DNA of 64,000 nt from Craspedostauros australis (GCA_030167865.1 JALAGF010001746.1:1-64000); one strand, 5' to 3'; numbered from the stretch's first letter, positions 25,047 through 37,153 are shown. Numbers and translations: made by a program. The notes: a model not told the origin generated them from the sequence alone.

Positions 25047-26738
25047 TCACAATCCACCCCGACCACGACGACTGCGGATTTGCTCAATCTCCGTCATGAC
25101 TTCGGACGGCATGAAACACCACAGGGGGGAGTCGTCATCGACTTGGAGCGCCACATTGTGCTGTTCCGTGTGATGCAGCCAAGCGCACCACGCCGCCATG
25201 GCCTTGGCTTCCTTCTTGTTCTCAAAGTACGCCAGCTCCTGCGTGACCTCGCAGTTCGAAAAGTCCGTGCACAGGATGGAGGCGAAGGCAAGGTCATCGA
25301 GCGGACACAGGAAGACGGCGGAGAAGCCAGGGTCGTGCGCGGATCCGTGCGATTGCCACACGATGAAGTCGTCGCTGCGCAGCTCCAGTCGCGGGGTCAG
25401 GGTGTTGTAGAAGCGGTTGAGGAGGGAAGTCGGGTGGCCGGTGTGCAGTGTCTTGGGCACGTTTCTTCCTTGTCGAGGGACGGGGTCCAAGCTGCGGGAG
25501 ATTGTGAGGGACGACAGTGTGTCCTGCACGGTCTGATCCACAATGATGATCGGCAGTGCCGGGACCTGCACGGGGTTCGGAGGGACTTGGTTTGAAGGAA
25601 CCTGATTCGGATGAATCTGATTCTGGGCACGGTAGACCGGCAGTTGCTGCTCTTGCTCCGGTGGTCGTTGTTGTTGTGGGTGATGTGGCGGGTAATGTGG
25701 TGGGTGCTGTTGCTGGTACTGTTGGTGATTGGCATGCTGATGAATCGCCTGCTGCTGCTGGTGAGATTGATGTACCTGTTGGTATTCTTGGTGATGCACT
25801 TGTTGCGGGGGGTGTTGATGATTGGCATGTTGGTAGAGTTGTCGATCCTGCGCAAACAGCTGGAGATGCGGGGCTGGCGGTAATGGTGGCCGAAGATCGA
25901 AGACTTGGTTTTGGGCATACCCAGATCGATGCTGCGGATCGTCTCGACGCAGCTTGCCTGTGGAAGCAGGCGCAGGCAGATGGTTTTGCGCCGGCATGAA
26001 GGACCTGTCCATCTGACGACGAGACGTGCCGATATCTGCAGGCGCCGAGGATACAGACATCGTGGCAGTTCCTGGCGTGGTTTCCATCGTTGCCATCTCC
26101 TGTCGTCTCTGCCGCTTGGGTTGATGTGTTCTTCGATTGCGAAGGTATGGAGTCGTGCGCAGTGACGAAAGTGGATCGGAAGGAGGCGCGCTACCAGAGG
26201 CGTACGCCTGCGGCGATGAGGTTGCCATTTGCGGTTGTGGCATGTTGGAGGGAGACTGGACGTTCATGTCAGACTGCACAGCTGGGCTCGTAGTTGTTCG
26301 AGCAGGAGGTTGAGGTGAGGAGAACACCGGCGTAGTGGCTGCATGAGCTGGGGTGGCCACTCGCAGAAGGTCTTGCTGGCTCGGTTGCTGGTCAGGGACG
26401 ATTCTTTCTTGGTGGATCCTCGTCTCGGTGCCACGTCCATTGTCAGGAACGTTGGCACGTCCATTGTCAGGAACGTTGGCACGTCCATTGTCAGGACCAA
26501 AGCCACTGCCGAATCTGAGGCCATTGGTGATTCCGACCTCAAGGTAAGCGCGCAAGTCAGAGTCGAAGCGCAGCTCGTCATCTTCTGCATCATTGAATCT
26601 AGCATCCATGGAGTCCTCTGTATCGGCTAGCTGCGCCGCAAGTGTGTTGTCTTGACGCAGACTGTTGCGAATGCGAGGTTGCCGTGTTTCTTCCTCTTGC
26701 TCTTGCGCTGTTGCTTCTTGACGATGCGGACGACTCAT
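25047..26738 (-). CDS. Hypothetical protein with Q/H/P-rich disordered region and C-terminal dsRNA-binding-motif-like domain
   Basis: 563-aa ORF. The C-terminus HPTSLLNRFY...HGSAHDPGFSAVF...NKKEAKAMAAWCA resembles the dsRBM pattern (P-x-S-x-L / G-x-x-H-x-P-x-F / KK-x-A-x-x-x-AA). Confidence 0.65.
   Translation of the reverse strand: MSRPHRQEATAQEQEEETRQPRIRNSLRQDNTLAAQLADTEDSMDARFNDAEDDELRFDSDLRAYLEVGITNGLRFGSGFGPDNGRANVPDNGRANVPDNGRGTETRIHQERIVPDQQPSQQDLLRVATPAHAATTPVFSSPQPPARTTTSPAVQSDMNVQSPSNMPQPQMATSSPQAYASGSAPPSDPLSSLRTTPYLRNRRTHQPKRQRRQEMATMETTPGTATMSVSSAPADIGTSRRQMDRSFMPAQNHLPAPASTGKLRRDDPQHRSGYAQNQVFDLRPPLPPAPHLQLFAQDRQLYQHANHQHPPQQVHHQEYQQVHQSHQQQQAIHQHANHQQYQQQHPPHYPPHHPQQQRPPEQEQQLPVYRAQNQIHPNQVPSNQVPPNPVQVPALPIIIVDQTVQDTLSSLTISRSLDPVPRQGRNVPKTLHTGHPTSLLNRFYNTLTPRLELRSDDFIVWQSHGSAHDPGFSAVFLCPLDDLAFASILCTDFSNCEVTQELAYFENKKEAKAMAAWCAWLHHTEQHNVALQVDDDSPLWCFMPSEVMTEIEQIRSRRGRGGL
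26432..26495. repeat. 24-bp coding tandem repeat (about 2.7 copies, encodes PDNGRANV)
   Basis: cacgtccattgtcaggaacgttgg x2 followed by cacgtccattgtcagg. Confidence 0.9.
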
Positions 26739-27388
26739 GGCTGTCGATGAATCCGAGGCGCGCGATGAGCAAGAAGGGGTGAAGGGTGCAGTCGCTCGAT
26801 GTTTCGCAATGGAAGCACAAGCATGTGCTGATGCTGATGTTGATGCTGATGCTGTTCAGGTGCAGCAGTGCTGTTACTCTGCTGTGGTTGCACGATTATG
26901 TGATGCAATGCATTGTTATGATGATGCAATGTGGAGTTGTGAGCACTTGCTTTCATTCTTGGTGAAGATCAACCGCGAGTGCGGATTGTCCATGTAATTG
27001 CACAATGATCGTACATCTACTTATGCACCACGACAGCTGACAGCACGGCACAGCACGCCACGGCACAACCAAGGAGAGTACTATCCTCGTAAAGCGGCAG
27101 GGGGACTCAACTCACGAGTATTATTGGCACATCGAAGAGACCAATCGATTGATGAGTCAACTGTGAATGCAAAGCAAATGCAACAGAAATGGAAAGGAAA
27201 TGAAATTTATTTGATGGTTTGAGATTTTGATTGTATAAACATTATACCATGCACCGTTGCGCCACACAACTACCACAAGCACTCGTACTATATGAGGTAC
27301 GCCAATGTACCATACGAGCACGCCTGGTCCCACTCCATACAGCATTCGAGTAGAACTTACGAGTGTTCGAACGCCTGCAAAGGCAGGA

Positions 27389-28390
27389 TCACTGCTTTGG
27401 CGTGTCGGTCGTTGCGTCATGTTCTTGGTCGTCTGCCTCGGTGATGGGGTTGTACTGAAGATCCACAGTGCAATCGCCCGACTTGCAAATGCCGGTGGCC
27501 GCATCGATGTCCCCAAATCGTGCGCTGAAGCCATCCGGCAGCTTGCGGATGCGATTGTGACAGAGGGTCAGTTGCTTGAGGTTGGGCATTGGCGGCTTGT
27601 CGGCGCCGTCGCTTCCCACGCACAGAGCATCCGGCAGCGAGTCGATGATGTTCCCGTTGGCTACGATCTGCTGCAGAGACGGACATTGCACGATGGTGGA
27701 AGGCAGAGCAGTGAGACGATTGGACGAGAGGTGGAGCTGCTGCAGCGACTTCATGCCAGCGCTCGGCACGCCCTGCGGCAGCGCTTCGAACTGATTCTGC
27801 CGCAGCGACAGCACCCGCAGCGTGGCCATGTCCTGGAACTGCGTCGGCAGCGTCGTGAGCTCGTTGCTGTCCAACGCAAGGACCTCCAGATTCTCCAACT
27901 TGGCTATCCCCGAGGGCACATGCGTCAGCCGGTTGTTGGAGATGCGCAGCTCCGTCAGTCTCGTCAGCTCCAGGATGCAGCTCGGCATGGACCCCTCCAC
28001 CCGGCAATCGTCCAACCACAGGACCTGCAGCGACCCTCGCAGCTCCCCCATCTCGTCCGGCAGCGACGTCAAGGGATTCCTCCCCAAATCGAGGCTGCGC
28101 AACTGCGGCGCCTTCGCCAGCATGGCCACGCCCGTCAGATCCTTCAAGCCGCAGTCGTACAGGCTCAGCGACTGCAGCTGCCTCCATTTGCACACGTACT
28201 GCGGCCGGCACAGCAGATCCAACCGCCCTTGGAACTCATTCTGCCGTCTTGCCAGCTTTAGATCCACCAGCGGCTGCTGATCGGGTTGCTGCGCCAGTTT
28301 CGCGCGCTTCTTGCTTCCATCGTTGGCATCTTCGCCCGTGGCTTCCCGCATGATGCGCGGGACCTTGCGCAGGTCCTTCTTCACGAACAT
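27389..28390 (-). CDS. Leucine-rich-repeat protein
   Basis: About 9 LxxLxLxxNxLxxLP units (e.g. LRSLDLGRNPLTSLP, LEVLALDSNELTTLP, LQQLHLSSNRLTALP). ATG at 28390 (MFVKKDLRK). Confidence 0.9.
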   Translation of the reverse strand: MFVKKDLRKVPRIMREATGEDANDGSKKRAKLAQQPDQQPLVDLKLARRQNEFQGRLDLLCRPQYVCKWRQLQSLSLYDCGLKDLTGVAMLAKAPQLRSLDLGRNPLTSLPDEMGELRGSLQVLWLDDCRVEGSMPSCILELTRLTELRISNNRLTHVPSGIAKLENLEVLALDSNELTTLPTQFQDMATLRVLSLRQNQFEALPQGVPSAGMKSLQQLHLSSNRLTALPSTIVQCPSLQQIVANGNIIDSLPDALCVGSDGADKPPMPNLKQLTLCHNRIRKLPDGFSARFGDIDAATGICKSGDCTVDLQYNPITEADDQEHDATTDTPKQ

Positions 28391-28888
28391 CCTCGCGGTC
28401 AATCTTATTCACACTTGCCTTCTTGCTTGGTTGGTTGGTTCTTGTTGGTGGTGGTACTGGATGTGGTAGCGGTGGGGTTATCGTGGTTGATGTCTGTCTG
28501 AATGGATCAATGGTTCGCTGTTGTTTCTTGCTCTCTCTCTGTTTGTCTTTCGTGTGTTTTTCTTGTGCGTGTCGCAGCACTTGGTTGTTGTTGTTCTTCC
28601 TTTTTGTTGGTGAGAGGCAATGCCATTCAAATTTTGGCGCGAAAGCTCGTCATTATTCGTATGAGTCGTCTGGTATGAAGAATAGCTCGAAATGGAATGT
28701 CAAAGTTCTCGGATCTGGATGCCAAAAACGGTACTGGTATGGTAACGAATTGAACGCAATTTATCGTGTACATTTCCAGTTGTATTTGGCGGCGAAATCA
28801 GCTAGCTTGTCTTGGAATCGTGAATGGAAGATCCAAATCCACCAACCGCCATTCGTTGCCATCCATCGTCGTGGACAGCTTTTCATGA

Positions 28889-28926
28889 TGTGTTGACGTC
28901 TTCTGTGTTGACGTCTTCTGTGTTGA
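28889..28926. repeat. 15-bp tandem duplication carrying two TGACGT cores in the LRR/AKR divergent intergenic region
   Basis: tgtgttgacgtcttc x2 followed by tgtgttga. Confidence 0.8.
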
Positions 28927-28986
28927 TGAATGGCTGCTTCATTGGTGAAGGGATATCGCAATGAACTTGCTGCACATGTGTGGAAC

Positions 28987-30501
28987 ATGATCGTGGTTGC
29001 AAGACGAAGGTGCCCCCTCCTGCTTCCGATCCTCTTTGCTGCCGAGGTCGCAACATCGGCTCGTCTCGGCAGCGCTTTCGCTCCAGCTCTGCTTCCTTCC
29101 TCTCAGCAATTGGGTCAGGCGCGAATAGCAGCAGCTGGTCGGTTCGTTCATGGTGCATCGATGACAAAGCGCGGGCTCCGATCCTCCACTTCAAACGACG
29201 CCGACAACACGGGCGGCATGAACAAGATAGACAGCATGGATGATGCCAGAAAGGCGAAGAGGAAGTCGCAGACTGATGATGACAACGCGTCAGTGCCAGC
29301 GTCAATGTCAGCGTCAGGATCAGTGCTACCGTCTGAATCTGAATCTCCACAGAAGGAACGGGCAACGCCATTCCGTGCGACCGCCAGCACGGATGCAAGG
29401 TCACCGACGGACGGCGCTGATCTCGGAAACGGCAACATCCTGCCATGGCTGGGGTATGGGACCTACAAGCTGGGAAAGGAAAAGTCCAGGCACTGCACAC
29501 TGGAGGCTCTGCGCTGCGGGTACCGCGCCATCGACACGGCCTTCATCTATGGCGGCGAGACGACGGAGGTTCAGGTGGGTCTCGCCATCCAGGATGCCGT
29601 CAAGGAGGGCATCATCGCCAGCAGGGACGAGGTCTTCCTCACGTCCAAGCACTGGAGGAAGTATCACGGCTACGACAAGACCAAGGAATGCCTGAATCTC
29701 AGCCTCGAGCGTCTCGACACCGACCACATCGATCTCTGGCTCATCCACTGGCCCGGTCCGGCCTACTCCACGATAATGCGCAGGAAGGATGTCCTGCAGG
29801 AGAAGGGACCGTGGCATTACGCAACCACCGCAGAGCAAGATATGCCCAAGAAGCGCAGCGAAACGTGGCGCGCCATGGAAGACGCCGTCAAGGAGGGCAA
29901 GCTCCGAACCATCGGCGTTTCCAACTTCACGGTGGAGCACCTCAAGGAGCTCAAGAAGACCGCCACCATCTGGCCGCCAGCCGTCAACCAGATCGAGCTG
30001 CATCCGCTGTACCGACAGGACGATCTTCTGGCCTACTGCAAGAAGGAGGGCATCGTCGTGCAGGCCTACGCGTCATTGGGAGGACAGGACACCGGCAAGA
30101 ACTTTTGGAAGCTGGTCTACCCGCGTCTGTCGTCTGCCAGAACGGCGCACGTCACCACGAAGCTCTGCAACGCCCCGCCCGTGTTACATCTCGCAGAACA
30201 GGTGAAGCGAACGCCGGCTCAGGTACTGTTGCGATGGGCGCTGGAGAATTCCTGCGCCATCATTCCCAAGACGGTCACACCACAGCGCATGTTGGAGAAT
30301 GCGGCGTTGTTCGATTTTCGATTGTCGCAGGATTCCATGGATGCGCTGCAGAGGGATCTCGATGCCGCCATCGGCATGGCGGAAGCCAAGCAACGCAAGC
30401 AGCAAGCAGGCAAAGGAGACGCGGCAGCGAACAAGGCACCGGTCCTGTCGCGTCGGCTGTGCTGGCGCAAAGATCCCATGCGCATGTTGGATTTCAATTG
30501 A
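28987..30501 (+). CDS. Aldo/keto reductase (AKR) family oxidoreductase, probably plastid-targeted
   Basis: LGYGTY, catalytic tetrad D/Y (IDTAFIY), K (TSK), H (LIHWP), plus IGVSNF, NQIELHP, AQVLLRW and IIPKT. From ATG 28987 the N-terminus has a hydrophobic stretch then GSAFAP and a Ser/Arg-rich segment. An alternative in-frame ATG lies at 28930. Confidence 0.9.
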   Translation: MIVVARRRCPLLLPILFAAEVATSARLGSAFAPALLPSSQQLGQARIAAAGRFVHGASMTKRGLRSSTSNDADNTGGMNKIDSMDDARKAKRKSQTDDDNASVPASMSASGSVLPSESESPQKERATPFRATASTDARSPTDGADLGNGNILPWLGYGTYKLGKEKSRHCTLEALRCGYRAIDTAFIYGGETTEVQVGLAIQDAVKEGIIASRDEVFLTSKHWRKYHGYDKTKECLNLSLERLDTDHIDLWLIHWPGPAYSTIMRRKDVLQEKGPWHYATTAEQDMPKKRSETWRAMEDAVKEGKLRTIGVSNFTVEHLKELKKTATIWPPAVNQIELHPLYRQDDLLAYCKKEGIVVQAYASLGGQDTGKNFWKLVYPRLSSARTAHVTTKLCNAPPVLHLAEQVKRTPAQVLLRWALENSCAIIPKTVTPQRMLENAALFDFRLSQDSMDALQRDLDAAIGMAEAKQRKQQAGKGDAAANKAPVLSRRLCWRKDPMRMLDFN

Positions 30502-31902
30502 TGCGCGAGGTCAGCAAGTGGCAGGGGCGCTTCATGTGGAACAGGTCGGTGGGGGCATGGGGCTGTCGCCTGTGAACCTATTTTTGGTAGAGCAGCAAAC
30601 TTTGAGAGCGTCACTCCTCTGCGGCATGCTTCTCTGCACCTCTGTTATCAGTCGTACGTATGCATGCCGGCTCGATTGTTGAGTCACCATCGCACAATGT
30701 ACCATGCGTGTTCCGGCCTTCGCACGCTCCATTTTCGTCTGATGGCAGGAAAGGCAGAGAAGGATGATGGATGATACGAAGCTTGACGCAGAGCAGCAGG
30801 AGAAATGGTATTTGCATTCAAACTGCTCCGCATCATGCGAAAAGATAAAGCTATTGAAACTCTGCGCGCTTTACCGTAATACTCTCTACTGTACTGCCAC
30901 AACAGATCATGCAATCGACCACGCGCAAGATGACAATCTTACGAAATAGAGTACCTTGAATCACAGCGGGAGTGCGAGGGCATGTGATAATGTGATAGTT
31001 CCGTTTTCGACACGCGTCTGTTGCACATGGGCGTTATTCTCAACGGTCACGACTGGGCAGACAGAAAACCGCGGCGTGGCCATTTAGTGTTTGCGTCTGC
31101 ACACGTCACAGATCTTTGTAGCCGTTGGGCGCGCCTGCGCGGCGCACCTTGCGAGTGTCACCTATTTAGATCTGCACGCAACGCACCAATCTTCTTTCAT
31201 GGAACTCGAATCATACCGAGATCCAGAACGGAACACCGACTTGCTGCCAACACCAGTGAAGGTGGGCGCTGCACACAAGTGAAGTGAACATGGGAGCAAG
31301 GCAGAGAGCAGAACGGCACAGAGAGCGCAGAGCAGAGGAGATGGTGCCAAAGATAACAGGAAGGTGCGGGAAGATTTGTCAGTGCGCGGATCCACCTCAA
31401 GTGGACTTGGGTTGTGCTGCTGAGCAAAGCGCACTGCCTCTGGTACCATACTATCACAGAGTGCGAGCCATCCTGTGTTCATGAGAACCCAGTCAGACAG
31501 ACTCTCCACAAGGTGCTGTAAAGTGCTCCCTTGCTCTGCTCGGAAAGAATTGCGACTGCGAATCACTTCACGCTGCTCCACTTCACTCACAAACACAACG
31601 CAGCACAAACTTCTGAGAAAGAGGCAAAGAGAACGAAACGAGCAGCAAGCCACTTGCTCTTACCACAAACGTCAGAAGGTGACTGTGGAACATCATTGTC
31701 ACTTTCCATCAACTGGCCCATCAACTGGCCCATCAATAGTCCCTACGAGTAGCACAGAAAGAGGGAGAGAGAGAGAGACCAGCTTCTTTCAGCCCAACTG
31801 AGCTCCAATTCCGAGATATCGTGCATTAGAGTACTACGAGCAGTACATCACATCACATCATCATCATAACAATCCGACCCGAGTGAGCGGCCGTGGACAA
31901 AG

Positions 31903-34900
31903 ATGAAGCTCCCATCCACAGCGTTGCTCGCCAGCATCGCGCTCCTGGGCTGCTGCGGCGGATCCGCAAAGGCCAGCTACATCGCTGACGAGAACGATCT
32001 CCGTCTCAAGCAGGCGCAGGAGGTGATCGATTGGGTGCAGACCTTCGACATCGGCTTCTTCAGCTCCAAGCAGAAGATCATGTACGCACCCGAGACTGCC
32101 TTCCACTCCTCCGAAGAGATCGGCATCGGCGTCTTCGCCGCGGACGACATCAAGAAGGGCGAGGTCCTGGCCAGAATCCCATGGGAGGTCCTCATCACGC
32201 CCGATCCCAACGAGATCAACAAGACGAGAGAAGGAAGGAACACCAGGGGCGTCTTGTACTGCAGCACAATCCGCAAGCTCCTCGCGGAGATGCGTCTCGG
32301 CGACAACTCAGCGTACGCCCCATTCACCAGCTTCCTCCGAAGCGCGCCGCATCCGCCCATGCTGCCCAGCGAATTCAGTGACGCTGGAAAGGACCTCTTC
32401 CAAGCGGCCGTGGCTGGGCCCACCCACTTCACCTACATGCCACCGCAGGAACCGACGGCCTGGATCGACGACGATTGGGTCGAGGACTGCGGCGGCGGCA
32501 CCAGCGAGGAGGAGCTGCACGCCGTCGTCATGACCATGACACGCGCCGACGTTCACACCCTCGTTCCCATCTACGATTTCTACAACCACGCCTCCGAAGT
32601 CGACAACGTCGGTGGCAGGGTCTACCACAATGATTACTACGAGCTCAAGGCGGCCTACGACATCGAGAAGGGTCACCAGATCACGGTCGACTACTCCTCT
32701 TGTCCGAGCTGCGATCGAGACGAGCGTCACGGGGCACCAGGTACGTTCCCAGAGCGCTTCTCGAAAATGTCGTCAATTATGTGTTTGCCGTTGCCGTTGC
32801 CATCATCTCGTTGATTGCATGTATGGATAATTGCACTCTACGCGTACTCGACTCTACGCCTACTCCATTGGTTTTGGTCCCATACGCCATCATCAGCTAA
32901 CCGTTTCCCACCATGCGCTCATCTCCGCTCTAACTGCGCCCGCTCCGCCCGACAACAGAAATGTTGAGAGACTTCGGTTTCATCGAAGACTTCCCCCAAA
33001 CATGGCATATCTACTTTGATCACTTCGCGAATCAGCGCATGTCTTTCACCATGGAGATGACCTCCGTCCATCTCGTCACCTCAGAGGATCAGCTCGATGA
33101 GTCTATCGAGCGTAACCCCCTGGACAAGAAGCTGCTGGGTGTCGTCGAGTGGGACAGGGGTGAGGACAGCTACATGACCCACCACCTCACCTCGTGGTAC
33201 CTGCGCCGTTTGGGACGTCTCTACAGCGACGAGCTGCAGAAGGGCGCCGAGGATTGGGCCTTCGCCCGCAACCGCACCGACCTCGTGCCCCAGCACGAAT
33301 GGGACTCCGTCATGAAGTACGTCGAGACCTGCATCTTCGTCATGAGCCACGTCTTCTATGACGCCGAGTTCGAGTACCACGAGGACGCGGCGGATGAGGA
33401 TGAAGACCTCGATAACAAGCCCATCGCCCAGTACCCCTGCTCGCAGGAGGTCAACGCCACCTGCATGCGAAACGAGCTCTACCACGTCCTTTACGAAGAG
33501 CCGGACATGCCCTACGGCCGTGACTTCTCCTGCAACATCCAGCAACTCCTCGACTTCTCCAGGGGACACACCACCATGGACTTCATCCAGACCGAGTATC
33601 AGAAGATCTGGTATTTCAAGCGCTTCCCGGAGGGCAAGCCCCACGACGCCAAGCTCACACAGGAGGACATGGAGCAGGAGACCGACATCTGCATGAAGCT
33701 CGATGAGGAGGTCCAGATCTGCGACAGCTACCGCCCGCACTACCACGAGTACGCCGTCAACTACGGTGCCCGCTATCTCAAGAAGCTCAAGAGGGCCGCC
33801 TTCATCGGTGGCGGAGACTCCATGATCCTCCAGGAACTCCTCAAGTACCCCGATCTGGAGCTCGTCGTCGCGCTGGAGCTGGATCAGACCGTCGTGCGCA
33901 ATGCCTTCAAATGGTTCCACACGGATCCGCACTTCCACGACGATCGTGTGGAATGGTGGTTCGGTGATGCCACCAAGTCCCTCACCCTCTTGCCAAAGGA
34001 GTACATGAACTCCTTCGATTACGTGATGGTGGACGTCTCCGAAACGGGAGCGAGCCTCACCGTCACGCGTCACCTGGACATCTTCAACGCCATGTCCCTC
34101 CTCGTCAAGCCGGATGGTATCATGGTCAAGAACGAACCGTACTTCACGCAGATGGCCAAGTCTTTTGACTACGCTGTCGACGTGCTCTTCTACCACTGCC
34201 CCATGATCTGCGATCAGTCCATGATCATGGGCAGCAACCATATCGACTTCTTCCACCAGGACCTCACCGATCATGGTGTGGAGAATCTGCTGCTCCCCGA
34301 GATCGAGGACTACCCTCACGACTACTTCCTGTGGCGTGATTACAAGAACACCGATCCAAACGAGGATGGGTCTTGCGAGAAGCTTCGAGCTGGTATCGAG
34401 CATCAGAAAGAAGAAGACGATGAAGAGCGCTCGGGCAAGAGCGCAGGACTCGTCATGGTCGTCGAGGTGGAGCATGTCACCATCCCGATGAAGGACGTGG
34501 AGTCTGTCATCATGAGGACGCTGAAGGCGCTGGGATACACATCCATCATCTCCGAGGATAACACCGAGGATGGATTCGATGTGGTCGTCATGACAGCAGA
34601 GGCCTACGTCGTGGCCCGTCGATGGCCGAAGCACAACTACGTTGCGTTGGACATCCACAGCTGGGGTCGCTTCGAAAAGCTGGAGGACACTCGCGAGGCC
34701 TTGGTCAAGGCCTTGGGCAGTGGCAACGACGTGAAGAAGGGATCGGCATCATCGTTCCGCGTGGTGGCGTCCGGCATGTATGGCAACGACTCGTATGAGG
34801 AGGACAGCGAGCTGATCGGGCCCGATCTCACCAAGCACACTCGCAACTGCGACGGCCACGTGAATGAAAATGTGGAGGCTCTGAAGAAGGCAAGGGCGGC

Positions 34901-36119
34901 CGAATCGCCGGCCAGCACCGTCACTGACCAGCCTCCAATCGAGCTCGAGGACATCGTCGATGCCGAATTCGTCAAGACCACGTTGGATGCCATCGTCGAC
35001 AACCTGGCGAACGAGAGCTCCACCGTGCTCGTGTTCTGCGACACCGAGGACAAGCCATGCGAAGCCTCTGCTACCCTGCAGGAACACTCTCGCCTTGCCC
35101 ACGTGGTGACCTTGCACGCATGTGAGAACATCAAGGATATGGAGTTCGTTCGCTACGAGAAGCAAGAAACGGACAAAGCTGCCAGAATCAATGCCCTGCA
35201 CGAATGCCGCGCAGAGCTGGAGCAGCAGATCAAGAAGGTGGTGATTGAGACTCGCAGCATAATTGGCGGTGCAATCTTCGATGCCGACGCCCCGTACGGC
35301 ATGGCCCGAGCGTTCTCCAGCTTCTTCACCTTCCGACGCAACATCTTCCAGGACACCACCATCCAGTACTTCGCTTCGTTCCAACGCGACACATCGAAGG
35401 ATGCCTGGAGGAGAGAGGTCGTCCGTGAGATCCACCGCGTCCTGGAGATAGATCCGCTCATCGTGTCTGAGTTGATCGTGAAGCCAGTGGCGGCACAACG
35501 CCAGGACCCCGGCGCCGCCGTCCACGTTGTGAGCGTGGACGTGGAGGATACCTTCCCACGCATTCGCAGCATCGAAGATGCCATCGCTGACAAGTACAGC
35601 GACAGGCTCGCCGTCTTCCCCACCTACATCGAAGGCGGTGGATTGATGTACACTCACGATTTCAGTCCGATCGAATTCAAGCAGAGCGACTACGATCTGA
35701 GCGCCGAGATCGAACAGTACAAGAAGCAGGTCGCCTTCGGTCGCCAGACTGTCTTCCAGTTCACCCGAGACCAAAGTCGCCGCGGGGCCGACGGAGTGAG
35801 CCCCAACTTAGACTCCATCATGGCCGCCACTCTGGAGTCCACAAACGCCAAGATCGAATCAGCGAAGAGCTACGATAAGATTGGCAAGGGAATGGTCGAG
35901 GTCGTGCGCTTCAAGGAGGGCAACGCGGTGGCTGTTTTCGACGGTGAGAACCACATTACGATCAACCTGTTCCGCTTCGATCAGAGACGATCGCGCGCCG
36001 ATGAGTTCATGACCCGGTTCCTGGCCTCCATGGTGAACGGAGGATGGCGTAAAGAGCTCCGCGATGACATGCCACGCGGCATCAACAGGGTCATCAACTT
36101 CTCCTACGAGCACAAGTAG
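31903..36119 (+). CDS. Secreted fusion: signal peptide + SET (LSMT-like) N-methyltransferase + aminopropyltransferase + two degenerate AdoMetDC-like modules (paralog A, about 1332 aa)
   Basis: Exons 31903-32740 and 32959-36119 with a phase-1 GT..AG intron (32741-32958) giving HGAP|EMLRDFGF. SET motifs: GIGVFAADDIKKGE, PIYDFYNH, DIEKGHQITVDY. Aminopropyltransferase motifs: LDEEVQ, YHEY, FIGGGD, ELDQTVV, GDA, MVDVSE. AdoMetDC-like motif: EAYVVARRWPKHNYVALDIHSWG. Confidence 0.88.
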
Positions 36120-37153
36120 GATGTGACATTTGGAAGTGACAGTGACAGCAACAGCAACAGCAACAGTACACGAGAAATACAATAAAACAAAGATACAATA
36201 TGAAAACAAACTTCCATCGAGCCGAGTCGAGTAGAACAATACTCTCCTCCACACATGGGCACAGAGGGGCGCTTGCAGCAAGGCTGAGCAAGCAGGCAGC
36301 AGCATTGAAAGCAGCGCTATTCCGGTCTTTGCTGGTCCATTCTAATCTTTCGTCGGAGCGAAATGCAGAACGAAAAGTGAAGCGAAAGTGTGAGACAGTG
36401 GGGGCCGCGGTATATTCATAAATTAGCTTAATAATTCGTTGAGTATGTGGAATCGTTGATTGTGAAACACGAGCTGGACTGATCTATTGAAATGGCTTGC
36501 GAAAAGAGAACGTTGTTCCGAATGCAATATAACGCCTATTTAACGTTGTATCCGTTGAACGACTATGTAGTGTCAAAGAGACACGAAATCAGTCGTGATC
36601 ACGGAGCATTGCTCGCGGAATGGCGTGGTGTCACGTCACGTGGTGATTTGCCAATCCCGATGTCTTTGTTGGAGTGGTTGTCGGATCGTTTCCATGTGGC
36701 AAAGTGTGCCGACTTGGCATCTTTGGTGCGCCTTGTTGCTGGCTGTCGAAACGTGCCATGGCGCACATCATCCACACGAAAAGATATCTTCCGTTGTGCC
36801 TCCCGTACTTGGGAACACGGTAACATGAACCCGGGAGTGCGGCAGGAGATGGACAGACCGAGATCGTAGGTGGTAGTTCATGAGAACAACGCGCACTCAT
36901 CATCCATTTGGGCCATCGACAAACATCCGACAATCGAATGAGTGGCACGAAGGACTCCACTCGACCCCACAATACTCGTTTGGACACCGAAGTGCTCACA
37001 CTGCTCTGCGACTACTCTATTTGACGTCTGGCTTCTCCAGATCCTCATCTCTAATATAATACGTACACATTCAAGAGAGCGGCTTTCATCTGCACAGCAC
37101 TCTCACCATCACATCCGAAGCTGCATCGGTATCGGGTGATAGCGACAGGAACG

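Noticed and set aside
26432-26495. Direct repeats as a CRISPR array
   Set aside because: The units are contiguous without spacers, lie in frame in a eukaryotic CDS, and there are no cas genes.
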